From the IMG/VR virus record IMGVR_UViG_3300049015_000086, positions 1 to 41,286 of that record: DNA of 41,286 nt, one strand, 5' to 3'. This document shows, piece after piece, positions 17,417-27,594 of this stretch. The DNA is from a virus. Lineage: Duplodnaviria > Caudoviricetes. Each line of letters begins with the position of its first letter. Within the stretch, counting starts at the first letter, position 1. The notes beneath the pieces were generated by a model that saw only the letters and a program-made list of their open reading frames with translations, was not told the DNA's origin and made no database searches. The position numbers were made by a program, and so were the translations under genes.

Positions 17417-20203
17417 CTAAAAATTAGCCCCTTCCCGCACTTTCATATAGCTGTTTCCTTGTGTGATGATATCCTCAACCGAAACTACAGGGGAGGGGAT
17501 GGCACGGTTTGCATCAGCTATCTTAGCAGCAAGTTCGTCAATATTAAGGGAAGGGGAAGCAATTTCCCTCGACACGATACCACCACCGGCAAAGTAGTTG
17601 GGCGCTGAACTGCCTCCTGCAGGAAAAGCATTGTTGAACGCCATAAAGTGGCTTGCGGCGTTACGGTTCATTACGCCTATAAGCTCACCTTGCTCGGCTT
17701 CAAAAGTAGTACCGTCTGCTCCCTTAAAGAGGGTACCGCCCGCACTGTGCCTGTTACCACCGATGCTGAACAACGCACCCTTTTCAGCTTTAGGAGGCTT
17801 AGTGGCAACTATCTTTTTCACGTTGGCCAAACCGGCAGCAATTGCAGCACCCGCTGCGATACCACCCAGTACCGGCCCTGCGGGGCCCATCCCTGCAAGC
17901 GCGGCATAAGCTGCAGTTGCACTCCTATACGTGTCTATTGTTGTTTGTGCAACGGCCATTGCCTTCCCCGCAGCGCTTTCTTTGCCCATAATTGTTGCAA
18001 GATTGCCAAACGTTTGGCTTGCAAGGGCAAGTTTGTTGTCAAACCGGGCTTTATCAATGTCCTGCATATTTTTATCGTGCTCTTTTTGACTGGCTTTCAT
18101 TAATGACAGGTAGTGTTCTTCAGTTATTAGGCCATCCTCCCTACGTTGTGTCAGTATAGTAGTTTCTTCTTTATACCGTTCCTCTTCTTTAAGGCGCTGT
18201 ACTGCATAATCATTGTCGGCGAGTGCAACCTTATCCTCATATTCCTGTCTCCTTTTGGCAGCTTCTTTAGCACGTTTTTTTTCCTTATCGGCGTCTTCAT
18301 AATCCTTTAATGCCTGGTCGTTTGCAGCCAATTGAGCTGCATGCTCTTCTTTAAGCCGGAGCATATCTGTAAGGAATAGTGTTTCTTTTAGGGAAAGCTC
18401 CTGGTTTGAACGTTGCTTTGCCTGTATTTCTTTAAAATTCAGGCCGCTCTTTTCATTTAGCAGTCGTTCATTCATGGAATATATGTTCTCCAGCCTCGTT
18501 TTCTCATCCTCAATAATTTTTGCTGTTATTTCCTTTCCGTTTTTTATAAGGCTTTTATTTTGCTGAAGGTAGAGGTCCAGTCTGGCTTTGGCAAAATCAG
18601 AAGTGATTTGCGCCGTGTTAGTCATTTGGGCGGTAGTGATTTTTGCAAGTTCCGCCGCGTACTCTAAATGCGATATCTTTTTTTGTAACAGCTGGTGCTT
18701 AAGCAGTGCAATAGACCTCGTTGCATATTCTTCTTCATATTTAAGCTGTTCTTTAAGCGATTTGGCCTTACCTTCAGATTCCGCCACAAAGAGGTCCAGC
18801 AACTGTTTTTGCTTTGCAAGTGCGTCATCCAGCACTTTCTGCCTGCGCTCCCTGTCTTTAGCTGCGGCGGCATCCTTATCGGCCTGAAGGCTTGCCTGGA
18901 GCTGTTTTTGTTCGTCTGCCTGCTTCCTGCTTAATGCAGCATCCTCACCATATATTTTCTCACGCTCCATTTGTGCTTTCTTCAGCATTTCAAGCTCTTC
19001 TTCAGATATTGCTTTCTTTTTCGCAAGTTCCTGTGCATAAGCATAGCCTTTCTCCCGGAGCATCTTTTTTTCTTCTGCGGTAAGGTTCTTGCCGTTTGCC
19101 AGCTGATTGACCGACAGGTTATAAGTATCGTCGGCGATCTTTTTGCGCTCGTTCATGTTCTTTGTCTCTTCTGCGGTAGCTTTTTTTAGGGCCTCAGTGC
19201 GTTCCTGTTCTGTTTTACTGCTGTCTTTTACAACAGCGTTATATTCCGCAATTGTATTCTTCGACTTTTCATTTGCCACCTCTTGCAATGCCTGCTGCTC
19301 TGTTAGCTTTTGCTGTGCTTCCTTGAGCTTTATGGCTTCGGTTGCCGCATCGGACGCCGACCCTATAAACCCTGAAAAGAAATCACTCAATGATGTTGCG
19401 CCTGTCAATAATCCTATAACCGAGTTCTTTACTGAGTCTACCACTGCACTTACAGCAGCCATTCCCTGTTCCATTGCATCCATAACCGGCTTAAAGCTTT
19501 TAAAGGCGTCAAACAGGGCGTTAACAATAGGCAGTACAATTGCAATTATAGCTCCTATGGGGTTTGCTTTTAATGCAGCACCCATACCCTGTATGCCACC
19601 CGTGATGCCACCAAAGGCATTTTTAAGCAAAGGGCCCACGCCGCCTGCTTCCTGCGCACGCGAAATAAAGCCGGTAATGCCTCCATTGAATATATTGATG
19701 CTGTCAAAGCTATCTATCACCTGCTGCTTATAGTCGCTCATGGTAGTGATAAGACGTGCATGCTCACTGCCATTCTCCTTCAGCCAGTTGTTGTTCTCTA
19801 ACAGTTTGCCATTTATTTTAGCAAGCCTGCTCTCGTAGTCGTCGCTGTTACTGTTCAGTTCCTTCTTAAGGCGGATGAGCTCGGCAGTGTTTGCCATGTA
19901 ATCGTTCTCGCTTTTGTTCACGGCATTAGTGGCAATCTTTATCTGCTCTTTCTGTGTGATGAGCTTTCCGGTAGCCTCCATGTTTTCCTGTAGTGCCCTG
20001 CTTTGCGCGCTATAAACGTCTTTAAGCTTTCTTATGGCTGCCTCATTCTCAACAAACCCCTTAGTGGCTTCCCGTCCTTTTTCCGTTAGCTTTTCCTGCT
20101 TTTGTTGCAAGTCTTCGATTTCCTTCTTTATGGCAACCATATTTTCTTTAAGCGCCTTAGAATCTATGTCTATCGATGCGACGATCTTTGTGTCTTTACC
20201 CAT
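17417..20203 (-). CDS. Tail tape measure protein
   Basis: 928 aa, long Ala/Glu/Lys coiled coils, hydrophobic ANPIGAIIAIV segment, C-terminal GKAMAVAQTTIDTY..AAAIAAGLANVKKI..GNRHSAGG. Confidence 0.9.
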   Translation of the reverse strand: MGKDTKIVASIDIDSKALKENMVAIKKEIEDLQQKQEKLTEKGREATKGFVENEAAIRKLKDVYSAQSRALQENMEATGKLITQKEQIKIATNAVNKSENDYMANTAELIRLKKELNSNSDDYESRLAKINGKLLENNNWLKENGSEHARLITTMSDYKQQVIDSFDSINIFNGGITGFISRAQEAGGVGPLLKNAFGGITGGIQGMGAALKANPIGAIIAIVLPIVNALFDAFKSFKPVMDAMEQGMAAVSAVVDSVKNSVIGLLTGATSLSDFFSGFIGSASDAATEAIKLKEAQQKLTEQQALQEVANEKSKNTIAEYNAVVKDSSKTEQERTEALKKATAEETKNMNERKKIADDTYNLSVNQLANGKNLTAEEKKMLREKGYAYAQELAKKKAISEEELEMLKKAQMEREKIYGEDAALSRKQADEQKQLQASLQADKDAAAAKDRERRQKVLDDALAKQKQLLDLFVAESEGKAKSLKEQLKYEEEYATRSIALLKHQLLQKKISHLEYAAELAKITTAQMTNTAQITSDFAKARLDLYLQQNKSLIKNGKEITAKIIEDEKTRLENIYSMNERLLNEKSGLNFKEIQAKQRSNQELSLKETLFLTDMLRLKEEHAAQLAANDQALKDYEDADKEKKRAKEAAKRRQEYEDKVALADNDYAVQRLKEEERYKEETTILTQRREDGLITEEHYLSLMKASQKEHDKNMQDIDKARFDNKLALASQTFGNLATIMGKESAAGKAMAVAQTTIDTYRSATAAYAALAGMGPAGPVLGGIAAGAAIAAGLANVKKIVATKPPKAEKGALFSIGGNRHSAGGTLFKGADGTTFEAEQGELIGVMNRNAASHFMAFNNAFPAGGSSAPNYFAGGGIVSREIASPSLNIDELAAKIADANRAIPSPVVSVEDIITQGNSYMKVREGANF

Positions 20204-20492
20204 TATCGGTTACGTTTAGGTTTAAAATATTGCTTGCAAGGCTTTTTGTTTTTCCAATGGTAGACACTATAAGCTGGAGGGTATGATTGCCCGCCTGTGC
20301 AAATGCTACCCTGTATTCATAGTTGGATACCTTAGTAACACTACCCGCGGTTTGCATGGTAAAGGTGTAGGCATCCTGATTGTAAAGTGTCTGCAGCCAG
20401 ACGGTAACCTCCTCGCCCGTAACAGCCATTTTAGTAAGGTTGCCAAAGCCAAAATCTATGGCCGGAACCGCGTTTTTTACGTCCTGTATCAT
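20196..20492 (-). CDS. Small Ig/PKD-like beta-rich phage protein
   Basis: In-operon, overlaps the tape measure start; FAQAGNHTLQL strand pattern. Confidence 0.55.
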   Translation of the reverse strand: MIQDVKNAVPAIDFGFGNLTKMAVTGEEVTVWLQTLYNQDAYTFTMQTAGSVTKVSNYEYRVAFAQAGNHTLQLIVSTIGKTKSLASNILNLNVTDNG

Positions 20493-20516
20493 TTAAGGTT
20501 AAAAATGCAAATCTGT

Positions 20517-22730
20517 CTATGGAATATCGATCTCGTAGCTGCTGCCATTTATGGTGATTTCTACCTCGTTGCTGTACTCGCTTCCTGCCTGCATACGTAT
20601 AAGGAACGTGCCCGTAGGGGTAAAGCTCTGGTAGCGTGGGCTGGCAATGCTGCCGGGGAAGTTGCTCCATGTGCCGGGGCTACCATAGCCGTATATTTGA
20701 AGTGTGGCCTGGTTCACCATCAGGTCAAGGTCAAAGTGGACCAATACATTATGTGCATTGACTATCACTTTCGTGATCTTCACAGGCGGAATAGCTTCTT
20801 GCTGCTCAAGAGTGTAATGCACCCGTACCAACTCACATTTTACAGGCTTGCCCGGTACGTAGTTGTTTATCTTGTTCATAAGGAAGTACGACGACAGTTG
20901 CTCGATGTAGATGAGCTTCCTGAAATCAAAGTTGGCAACATCCGTTTCAGATAAATAGAATTCTGCATTTACTACCAGCGACTTTTCCAGTAATTGCCTT
21001 AACGGATAATAATAGTCATCTACAATGTCCTTAAAAGGTAGCTTCCAGTATTGCTCTATCCAGCAGTTGAACCACGGTAAAGTTTGCCCCAGCTTTGGCG
21101 AATGCAACACCACATCCTTTGGCGAATACTCGGCACGCAGGAAGTAGTACCGCTTATCCAGCGCCTTGTATTTAACAGGTTCTGCAGGGTCCTCGTCCAC
21201 TTCCTTATCCCAAAGTTTGTACACATTGGTCTGCCGGTTCAGGTATGTAGATTTCGTTGCCCCGGGTGCATAGATCTTCGATTTTATCACATCCTTGTTA
21301 GGCGGAAGGTTTACATTTTGCACATCGATATATCCGTCGTAATGACTGCTTTCCTTGTCGTTGTAAGCATAACGCAGCCAGTTACGCTGTGCATAGCTGC
21401 CGTAAATGTAATTTTCAGACAATTTCCTTGTGAGCTTATTGCTCCAGTCCAGCACTTGTGGCGACTGCAGCTGTTCCTGCAGGGTAAGGAATTCATAATG
21501 GTTCGTGTACTTGTCTTTGAACATGGTAAGGCCAAAGCGCTGTACCACCTCGGTAAGCAGGTCTTTAATCATAAAATCTCCCATTACCTCGCTAAAGCTG
21601 AATTCGTTCTCATTTATTTTCACGAGGCTTACGTTAAGCGTGCAGGGGTCGGCCAGGTAAAAGCCGTTTGAAGCCGGTATATATTGAGATTGGCTAATTA
21701 TTACGCATACCGAGTCATAGGCATTGAGATCCAGTATAACCTGCCCCGAAAACTCAGTCTGAGAAGGTATGTAATCGTCAATAACGCCTATTTGCTGCAC
21801 GGAATTGGGCGGCAGGTAATGGCTGTTTTTGCCCACATATACTTTAGATGCACGGGGTTGCCCAAATATTACGCTCCTGGAGTTAAGGCTGCCGCTCACC
21901 TCCAGCCTGTAGTAGCCCGATTGCATTACTTTTAAATGGCGGTTTTGTATTACTACCACATCTTCTTCCTCTACTTCATATTCAGGATACCCGCCATAAT
22001 AAACATGCATGTTGCTTCCCGCGTTAACACCTTCATAACCCGATGAACTGTTGCTGAAGACAGTTTCTTCATTGTCTCCTGTGCTTACGCCTTTTGGAAA
22101 AGTTAGCCACAAGTTCCTGAACTTCTCAGTATCGAATACAGACCCGCTGTACGTGAACCCATAATGTGTAAAGACTTTGTCCCAAAGGTATTTTACGCTG
22201 GCCGATGGCACCAGGTAATCAACATTTACCGTGGGAGGGGTGGCATTTGTAGTGCCGGTGTCGCCATTGTAATCGGCAAGTATGTAACGGTAGGGTGGGT
22301 CCTGCAGCAGCCACGAGGTCATTATTGCAGCTGTAGATTTTACATGGTCCAGTTCCTGCAGGCCCACTGCCGATATGGGCATATTTTCAATAGCCTTATA
22401 CAGGTCAATGATGCCATCGTAAACCACTACATCAAAATCATCGCCTCCATCGGTTATTACTGCCCTGCCATTAAATACAAAACACTCGCCGGTATCGCTG
22501 TACAGGCTGCAAACATTTTCCTGATAGGGGATAAGGCTGTTGTTCCCGGGCAGGGTGAGGAACTGCATGATCTTAAGGTTGGTTGCTGTTTTGGGCAGCC
22601 TGAATTTGTTGGTATACGATGCCTGCCGGTCATCAAGGGTATTGAGGTCGTTTACCTGCCGCGTCTGGGCAATTACCTGCCCGGTATCAAGGTCGGCAAG
22701 CTGCCCGTTTATATAGAGGATAAGGGACAC
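20517..22730 (-). CDS. Minor tail / tail-tip (baseplate hub-like) protein
   Basis: 737 aa; LYINGQLADL..QVNDL..RQASYTNKFRLPKT N-terminus typical of Bacteroidota siphovirus tail proteins; adjacent to tape measure. Confidence 0.7.
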   Translation of the reverse strand: MSLILYINGQLADLDTGQVIAQTRQVNDLNTLDDRQASYTNKFRLPKTATNLKIMQFLTLPGNNSLIPYQENVCSLYSDTGECFVFNGRAVITDGGDDFDVVVYDGIIDLYKAIENMPISAVGLQELDHVKSTAAIMTSWLLQDPPYRYILADYNGDTGTTNATPPTVNVDYLVPSASVKYLWDKVFTHYGFTYSGSVFDTEKFRNLWLTFPKGVSTGDNEETVFSNSSSGYEGVNAGSNMHVYYGGYPEYEVEEEDVVVIQNRHLKVMQSGYYRLEVSGSLNSRSVIFGQPRASKVYVGKNSHYLPPNSVQQIGVIDDYIPSQTEFSGQVILDLNAYDSVCVIISQSQYIPASNGFYLADPCTLNVSLVKINENEFSFSEVMGDFMIKDLLTEVVQRFGLTMFKDKYTNHYEFLTLQEQLQSPQVLDWSNKLTRKLSENYIYGSYAQRNWLRYAYNDKESSHYDGYIDVQNVNLPPNKDVIKSKIYAPGATKSTYLNRQTNVYKLWDKEVDEDPAEPVKYKALDKRYYFLRAEYSPKDVVLHSPKLGQTLPWFNCWIEQYWKLPFKDIVDDYYYPLRQLLEKSLVVNAEFYLSETDVANFDFRKLIYIEQLSSYFLMNKINNYVPGKPVKCELVRVHYTLEQQEAIPPVKITKVIVNAHNVLVHFDLDLMVNQATLQIYGYGSPGTWSNFPGSIASPRYQSFTPTGTFLIRMQAGSEYSNEVEITINGSSYEIDIP

Positions 22731-22947
22731 TGTTTTTGAATTAAGCCAAATAATTTTCGAGCATTAAATTGAAAGTAAATTCTGAAGTATTGATTTTATT
22801 TGCAATTGTGTGGGGCGATTAGTGTTAAAAAACGTTTATTAACATCTTTATTATGAAGCTGTTAATATTTTTTTGGCTATCCTAATCTTGTTTTTTCAGG
22901 CAGATTTTATTTATTTTGAGAACTGGTTACATAAAGATTACGCATAT

Positions 22948-23202
22948 ATGAAAGAAGTATTAATAAAGGATTTATCTCAGTTGCTGATGACCGATAACCC
23001 TGAGGAGAAGATAAATCTGAAAGTAAGAGTATCACATCTGATCAAATCTGCAAGGTTTGATCTGGAGAGGGAAAGTGAGCTCCATACAAAGAACTTAATA
23101 ATAAGTACGATAAATAACTATGTCGATACTTCCGACACTGCGCTAAAGAATGCGCTCTCAGAACATCTAAAAACCATCGAAACACATTTAAAAGAGCTTT
23201 AG
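22948..23202 (+). CDS. Small helical protein, paralog 1 (antisense cargo)
   Basis: ATG 22948; aligns over its full length with 23338..23589 (LIISTxxNYxDTSDxxLKxAL). Confidence 0.75.
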   Translation: MKEVLIKDLSQLLMTDNPEEKINLKVRVSHLIKSARFDLERESELHTKNLIISTINNYVDTSDTALKNALSEHLKTIETHLKEL

Positions 23203-23214
23203 GCTCTTTTTTTT
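23190..23214 (+). terminator. Intrinsic terminator
   Basis: AAAAGAGC-tttag-GCTCTTTTTTTT. Confidence 0.7.
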
Positions 23215-23337
23215 AAGAGTATTACTAACAAAAAGTTAAATAGCAGATTTTCAGTTGTTAAAGTTTATAGTTTATGTTTTACGACATAGATTTTATATAA
23301 TTTTACATTACTTTTGGGTGTCAATCACCACGCATCC

Positions 23338-23589
23338 ATGAAAGCTAAAATATTACAATACATGTCTGAGCTTATCGAAAGCGACAATGTCATAAAAACC
23401 GGAGAACTCAAAGACGCACTCACACTCCTGATAAATGTGGCGCCTTTGCGGCTTGAAGAGGAAAGTCAGGCACATGTAAAACAGCTTATCATATCTACTG
23501 TGATTAACTATGCAGATACCTCCGATTCGTCCCTTAAAGCTGCCTTACATGAACATCACAGGACATTGAGCGAATTGCTGGAAGATTAG
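23338..23589 (+). CDS. Small helical protein, paralog 2 (antisense cargo)
   Basis: ATG 23338, TACTTTTG box at 23309-23316; paralog of 22948..23202. Confidence 0.75.
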   Translation: MKAKILQYMSELIESDNVIKTGELKDALTLLINVAPLRLEEESQAHVKQLIISTVINYADTSDSSLKAALHEHHRTLSELLED

Positions 23590-23594
23590 CAGCC

Positions 23595-23990
23595 TCACCT
23601 AACCCTTTCTGGAGGATTGGGAGGTAGTTTAATCCATTCGCATTTTCTTCTCCCCCGGCCCCTCTCCCAGGAATAGGAGTCCTCACCCCCAACCCCTCTC
23701 CGAAGGAGAGGGGAGTAAGCATCACTCATACCATGGAATGTTCCCTTCTTGAGAGGGGCTAGGGGTGTGCCAACATGATTTTATGACACCTCTCTATTTC
23801 CTCACCCCCAACCCCTCTCCGAAGGAGAGGGGAGTAAGCATCACTCGACCCCATTAGAGATTCTTCGACTTCGCTGCGCTGCGCTCAGAATTACAAACAA
23901 TCTGTAGTTTGTGCGATAACCCTGATATTTTATAAACCCGTGAATGAAGTTCACACCCCTCTCCTTGGGAGAGGGGCAGGGGGAGAGGAC
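23595..23990. repeat. REP-like cluster including a direct duplication of cctcacccc(c)aacccctctccgaaggagaggggagtaagcatcactc
   Basis: Copies start at 23681 and 23800; further palindromes near 23651, 23742, 23859 and 23956. Confidence 0.85.
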
Positions 23991-24048
23991 TGTCCAATCA
24001 GGGTTTCAAAGTCTAACAATCCAGTCGTCTAAAAATCTAATGATCTAA

Positions 24049-25185
24049 CTAAAGCTTCTGCGTATACCGCTGCGGCAATTCAAAGTCAAAAGTGAAATTG
24101 GTCAGCGGTTGCTTGGCATTCTTAAGCCTTGCGCCCGTGGTTTTAAGCGAAACTTCAATCCAGTCCTTACGGCTGCTGCGGGCATACGGCTGACCGGTAA
24201 ACAGGTAGATCTTCGGGCTGTCAAGGATTCCTTCTACAATGCCGCGCTCATCCTCGGTCAGCAGGTCGGCTATTACCCTTATAGTGTCCTGGCTTTCTTT
24301 GCCAAGCTGAGCCGTTCGGGTGTAGGCATCGTCAAGGTTTACATTGTCCCAGTCAATTTCACCCGTGTATTTTGTGCTTCGGTCAAGGGTATAGGTATTC
24401 TCGAAAAGCCAGTAGCTGTACCCGCCATATTTGTTGAGCCATTTCAGGTATACCCCGCATTTGTAGGGCACTTTCTCCAGAAGTACAAATTTGTCAATGG
24501 CCGACCCTGAAGGGCTGCTCATCAGCCGCAACTTGTTGAAACCCTCTACGAGAGGCAGCACGTCTTCGAGTGTTTCATCGGTACGGCCGTCGCTAAAGAA
24601 AATCCTGTCGCCATAGCCCAGGACGTTGAACTGCGCCGAAAGCAGGTTGGTTTCGTTGTACAGCCTTACTGTAATGCCCGATGTGTACACCTGCATATCA
24701 AACGGGTAGCCCTGCCAGTACTTTAAAAAATAACTGTTGCCACTAAGCTTCCGGAAAGGCGACAACACATAGCGGTTGTGCACTGCCAGTGGTGTGTGGC
24801 CGCCTATCTGTTCCACGCCGGCAAGCCAGGAGACAACGTGCCCGGCATAATCGGGAGGGCTGTCGGCATAGGTGATCTTAAACGTGAGCGCCAGTTGCAG
24901 GAATGTACCTTGGGTAAAATTATAGACAAAAGACGACGGTTGGCTGCTGTCAATTATAGGGTCGGTATTGTCAGCAAAGCCCCGCCTGTTAATGAGCGCT
25001 GCAACATACGATTTAAAGTTGCAGAAGAATTGCCCTGCGGGGTTGGGGTACAGCCGTATGCTTAGGTTAAGCCCGGTAATATCGCAATACATTGGCTCAC
25101 CGGCATTGCCGTAAAAACGCACAATGTGGTTGTTGTAAGCCATATGCAGCCGGGTGGCATCTATGGGAGTGGTAAATATTATCAT
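24049..25185 (-). CDS. Minor tail protein (distal tail-like)
   Basis: 378 aa; YLKWLNKYGGYSYWLF and ILDSPKIY motifs resemble Bacteroidota phage tail genes that precede the large tail protein. Confidence 0.6.
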   Translation of the reverse strand: MIIFTTPIDATRLHMAYNNHIVRFYGNAGEPMYCDITGLNLSIRLYPNPAGQFFCNFKSYVAALINRRGFADNTDPIIDSSQPSSFVYNFTQGTFLQLALTFKITYADSPPDYAGHVVSWLAGVEQIGGHTPLAVHNRYVLSPFRKLSGNSYFLKYWQGYPFDMQVYTSGITVRLYNETNLLSAQFNVLGYGDRIFFSDGRTDETLEDVLPLVEGFNKLRLMSSPSGSAIDKFVLLEKVPYKCGVYLKWLNKYGGYSYWLFENTYTLDRSTKYTGEIDWDNVNLDDAYTRTAQLGKESQDTIRVIADLLTEDERGIVEGILDSPKIYLFTGQPYARSSRKDWIEVSLKTTGARLKNAKQPLTNFTFDFELPQRYTQKL

Positions 25186-25631
25186 GTTAAGGCGGTTTTT
25201 AAATGGTTGAGTACCTGTGTGGTGAAGTCTTCCAGTTGGCTTTCGCCAATTTTGTCCAGTATGGCCTGTATGCGCTGCGGGGTGACTATGGAGGCCAGTA
25301 TATCTTCTTTATCGGGTTGCCAACCCTCACGGCCTATCTTTCGCGCAATGAGAAATGCAAGGCTGCTCACGCTAATGTCTTTTTCCAGGCGTGCCGCAAT
25401 CCCTTTGTTTATCAGCCATTGCCCAATCGCCTCGCTGGGCGGGGGAGTGCCTGGCTTACGGCCATTTATGTAATCGGGTGCGGTGAGCGATGCGCCTGTT
25501 TCAGTTAGTTCCACCTTCACATTGCCGCCCCAGTTACCTGATGCTGCCTGTCCCGAAGCTTCATAAGCTGCAACGGCTTCTGCCCTCAGCAGTTCGAATT
25601 CGGATCCCAGTATTTGGCTTACGCTACTCAT
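25182..25631 (-). CDS. Tail completion protein (HK97 gp10-like)
   Basis: ASG, GRKPGTPPPSEAIGQW and LAFLIARKIGREG motifs; start taken as ATG 25631. Confidence 0.65.
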   Translation of the reverse strand: MSSVSQILGSEFELLRAEAVAAYEASGQAASGNWGGNVKVELTETGASLTAPDYINGRKPGTPPPSEAIGQWLINKGIAARLEKDISVSSLAFLIARKIGREGWQPDKEDILASIVTPQRIQAILDKIGESQLEDFTTQVLNHLKTALT

Positions 25632-26067
25632 TTGGGATACGTATTTTGTAAGTGCAGAGGAGTCCGTCCATATTGGCGTCAAGCGCATCGGTCACATCTA
25701 TGTTGTCCCACTGGTTCACGGTATAGCCGGTACAGGCGAGGCTGTTGCCAATGTTTGAAAACACGCTGAGCAGGGGTTCTATGTTAGTCGTGTACTTTGA
25801 GGTTTCGCTGTCGCCAACTTCCGCAAAATAGTGTTGGTCGAAATCGCTGTGCTTCACGAGGAAGAACTTGCCTTCGTAGTTAGCCGCCACAATCTTAGTA
25901 CCGCTCGCGTTGTATTCGCTTTTGCGATTGGTGAATTCGTGCAGCATGAAAATGGTATCGGGATCAAGCGTGCCATCCAGTAAATTCAGTGCTGCCTTTT
26001 TACCGTAATGATAGGTGAGGTTGTGGCTTTCGGCAATGGTTTGGAGTATTCGTACGATGTCGGTCAT
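25624..26067 (-). CDS. Putative tail terminator / neck protein
   Basis: 147 aa, in-operon, C-terminal DANMDGLLCTYKI strand; function from synteny only. Confidence 0.45.
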   Translation of the reverse strand: MTDIVRILQTIAESHNLTYHYGKKAALNLLDGTLDPDTIFMLHEFTNRKSEYNASGTKIVAANYEGKFFLVKHSDFDQHYFAEVGDSETSKYTTNIEPLLSVFSNIGNSLACTGYTVNQWDNIDVTDALDANMDGLLCTYKIRIPNE

Positions 26068-26187
26068 TTTTTTTTAGATTTTTAGATTTTTAGAAACTAT
26101 GGAACTCCGATTGTCATTGTTTCACAGAGATTCGCAAAGGAGCGCAGAGGCTCACAAAGATTTGAATGTTTGTTGCTATTATATGAG

Positions 26188-26688
26188 TGAAGCTGCTCCC
26201 CTCTCCTTGGGAGAGGGGTTGGGGGAGAGGGCTCCTTAAAAAAACAAGACTTTGGGATTCTATAAAGAGATTCTTCGACTTCGTTACACTACGCTCAGAA
26301 TGACAGCTTCACTCTTGCGCATTGATGAAGCTGCTCCCCTCTCCTTGGGAGAGGGGTTGGGGGAGAGGGCTCCTTAAAAAAACAAGACTTTGGGATTCGA
26401 TAAAGAGATTCTTCGACTTCGTTACACTACGCTCAGAATGACAGCTTCACTCTTGCGCATTGATGAAGCTCGCTCCCCTCTCTTTGGGAAAGGGGCCGGG
26501 GGTGAGGGCTCCTTAAAAAACAAGACTTTGGGATTCTATAAAGAGATTCTTCGACTTCGTTGCACTCCGCTCAGAATGACAAACTACCCGAAGCTGACTC
26601 CCCTCTCTTTGGGAGAGGGGCCGGGGGTGAGGTCGGAAAGAGAGAGACTGTTTCCCTCTTGAGAGGGGTGGCTGAAAGCCGGGGTGTG
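26188..26688. repeat. Tandem array of about 138-bp composite REP units (three copies plus a fourth REP)
   Basis: Units start at 26188, 26326, 26464 and 26589; each has a CCCCTCTC..GAGAGGGG REP, ctccttaaaaaaacaagactttgggattc and the gagattcttcgacttcg..cgctcagaatgaca palindrome. Confidence 0.92.
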
Positions 26689-26727
26689 TCATTCAAATTC
26701 ATAATTCAATAACTTTTCCCTTATGCC

Positions 26728-27264
26728 TTATGCCTTGAGTCTTCGATACTCCCCCTCCACCTCATTCTGCGCTTTCGTCTGTGTCAATAATGAAAATATC
26801 TCGCTATAAGGCCTGCGCCCAAGGTCGAATGGGTATTGCCCAAAAAGCTTTCCGAGTTGCAGCAGCGGAAGCGTGTCGCTGTAGGGTTTCAGCTTATCGG
26901 CACCGGCCAGTTCCCAAAGGTGGCTGTCGGTAGTCCGGTTGTTGAGGAGTTTTGTTTCGGTAGTGATGACACGTTCAAACTCGGCCAGCATGAACTTGCG
27001 TGCGGCAAAGTACTCTTGTATGGGCGTACGCCAAAACTGCGTTTCGGAAACATTATAGCAAATAGTAAAAAGCCGTATGATACCTGCCCAGTCACTTACT
27101 TTTGGCAACAGCCTGATGCAATATTTTACGTTGGCATACGGCATTGCATTGATATCCATTTGCCTGCTGGCAAAAGCATTCTTTGGCTTTAAATGTTCCA
27201 GTATACAGTCGTAGGGGAGGGTATCCGGCAAGCGGGTATATTGCCTTATGGTGATGTTTTTCAT
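26728..27264 (-). CDS. Phage protein of unknown function downstream of terL
   Basis: ATG 27264; intact ORF on the phage strand; helical C-terminus. Confidence 0.65.
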   Translation of the reverse strand: MKNITIRQYTRLPDTLPYDCILEHLKPKNAFASRQMDINAMPYANVKYCIRLLPKVSDWAGIIRLFTICYNVSETQFWRTPIQEYFAARKFMLAEFERVITTETKLLNNRTTDSHLWELAGADKLKPYSDTLPLLQLGKLFGQYPFDLGRRPYSEIFSLLTQTKAQNEVEGEYRRLKA

Positions 27265-27504
27265 TGTAGGGTTATACGAAACCTTAAATAATACCACTAA
27301 ATGTTGTAGTGCTTAACCTATGTAAAGAATTATTCAATTTTTTTGTTAATAATTTAAGATATATAGGTCATTCCTGATAAAATACCGAGGCAGTTTTCTG
27401 TAGGTTAGTTAAATCGTAAATAAAGGGGATTAAACAATTTGTGTTCCTTATTTTTACAATTAAGAAATGCATAAGTAATTAATTTTACAGGTATTTTGGG
27501 GGCT

Positions 27505-27532
27505 AAAGCGGGAAGTAACATTCCCGCTTTTT
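27505..27532 (+). terminator. Intrinsic terminator hairpin with no obvious upstream plus-strand gene
   Basis: AAAGCGGGAA-gtaaca-TTCCCGCTTTTT. Confidence 0.7.
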
Positions 27533-27594
27533 AATTCTTATCTGATTGATTTTTAGGTGTAAATAACAAATCAACGCCTCAACAATTCACCGCC

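Noticed and set aside
20196-20520. Programmed -1 frameshift tail-chaperone pair upstream of tape measure
   Set aside because: No overlapping G/GT-type ORF pair or convincing slippery heptamer found
20283-20954. Long plus-strand ORFs antisense to structural genes (also 8126..8767, 19143..19733, 21084..21671, 22164..22739, 24109..24510)
   Set aside because: Shadow frames of well-supported minus-strand genes with no recognisable motifs
22873-23337. Upstream TTG starts given in the ORF track (22873, 23314; likewise 13969, 35180, 39589)
   Set aside because: Paralog alignment, signal peptides or promoter-box positions favour the downstream ATGs
4485-26067. Tailocin or contractile injection system
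   Set aside because: Capsid, portal, protease and terminase are present, and no sheath or baseplate wedge genes were recognised
26188-26632. CRISPR array
   Set aside because: The DNA between palindromes is near-identical rather than unique spacers, the period is 138 bp and no cas genes are present
26390-26662. ORFs lying over repeat DNA (also 8956..9141, 23534..23725, 31438..31632, 35737..36066, 37639..37830, 37655..37885)
   Set aside because: Translations are REP-derived (PSPLERG, LSLGEGPGVR); chance open frames
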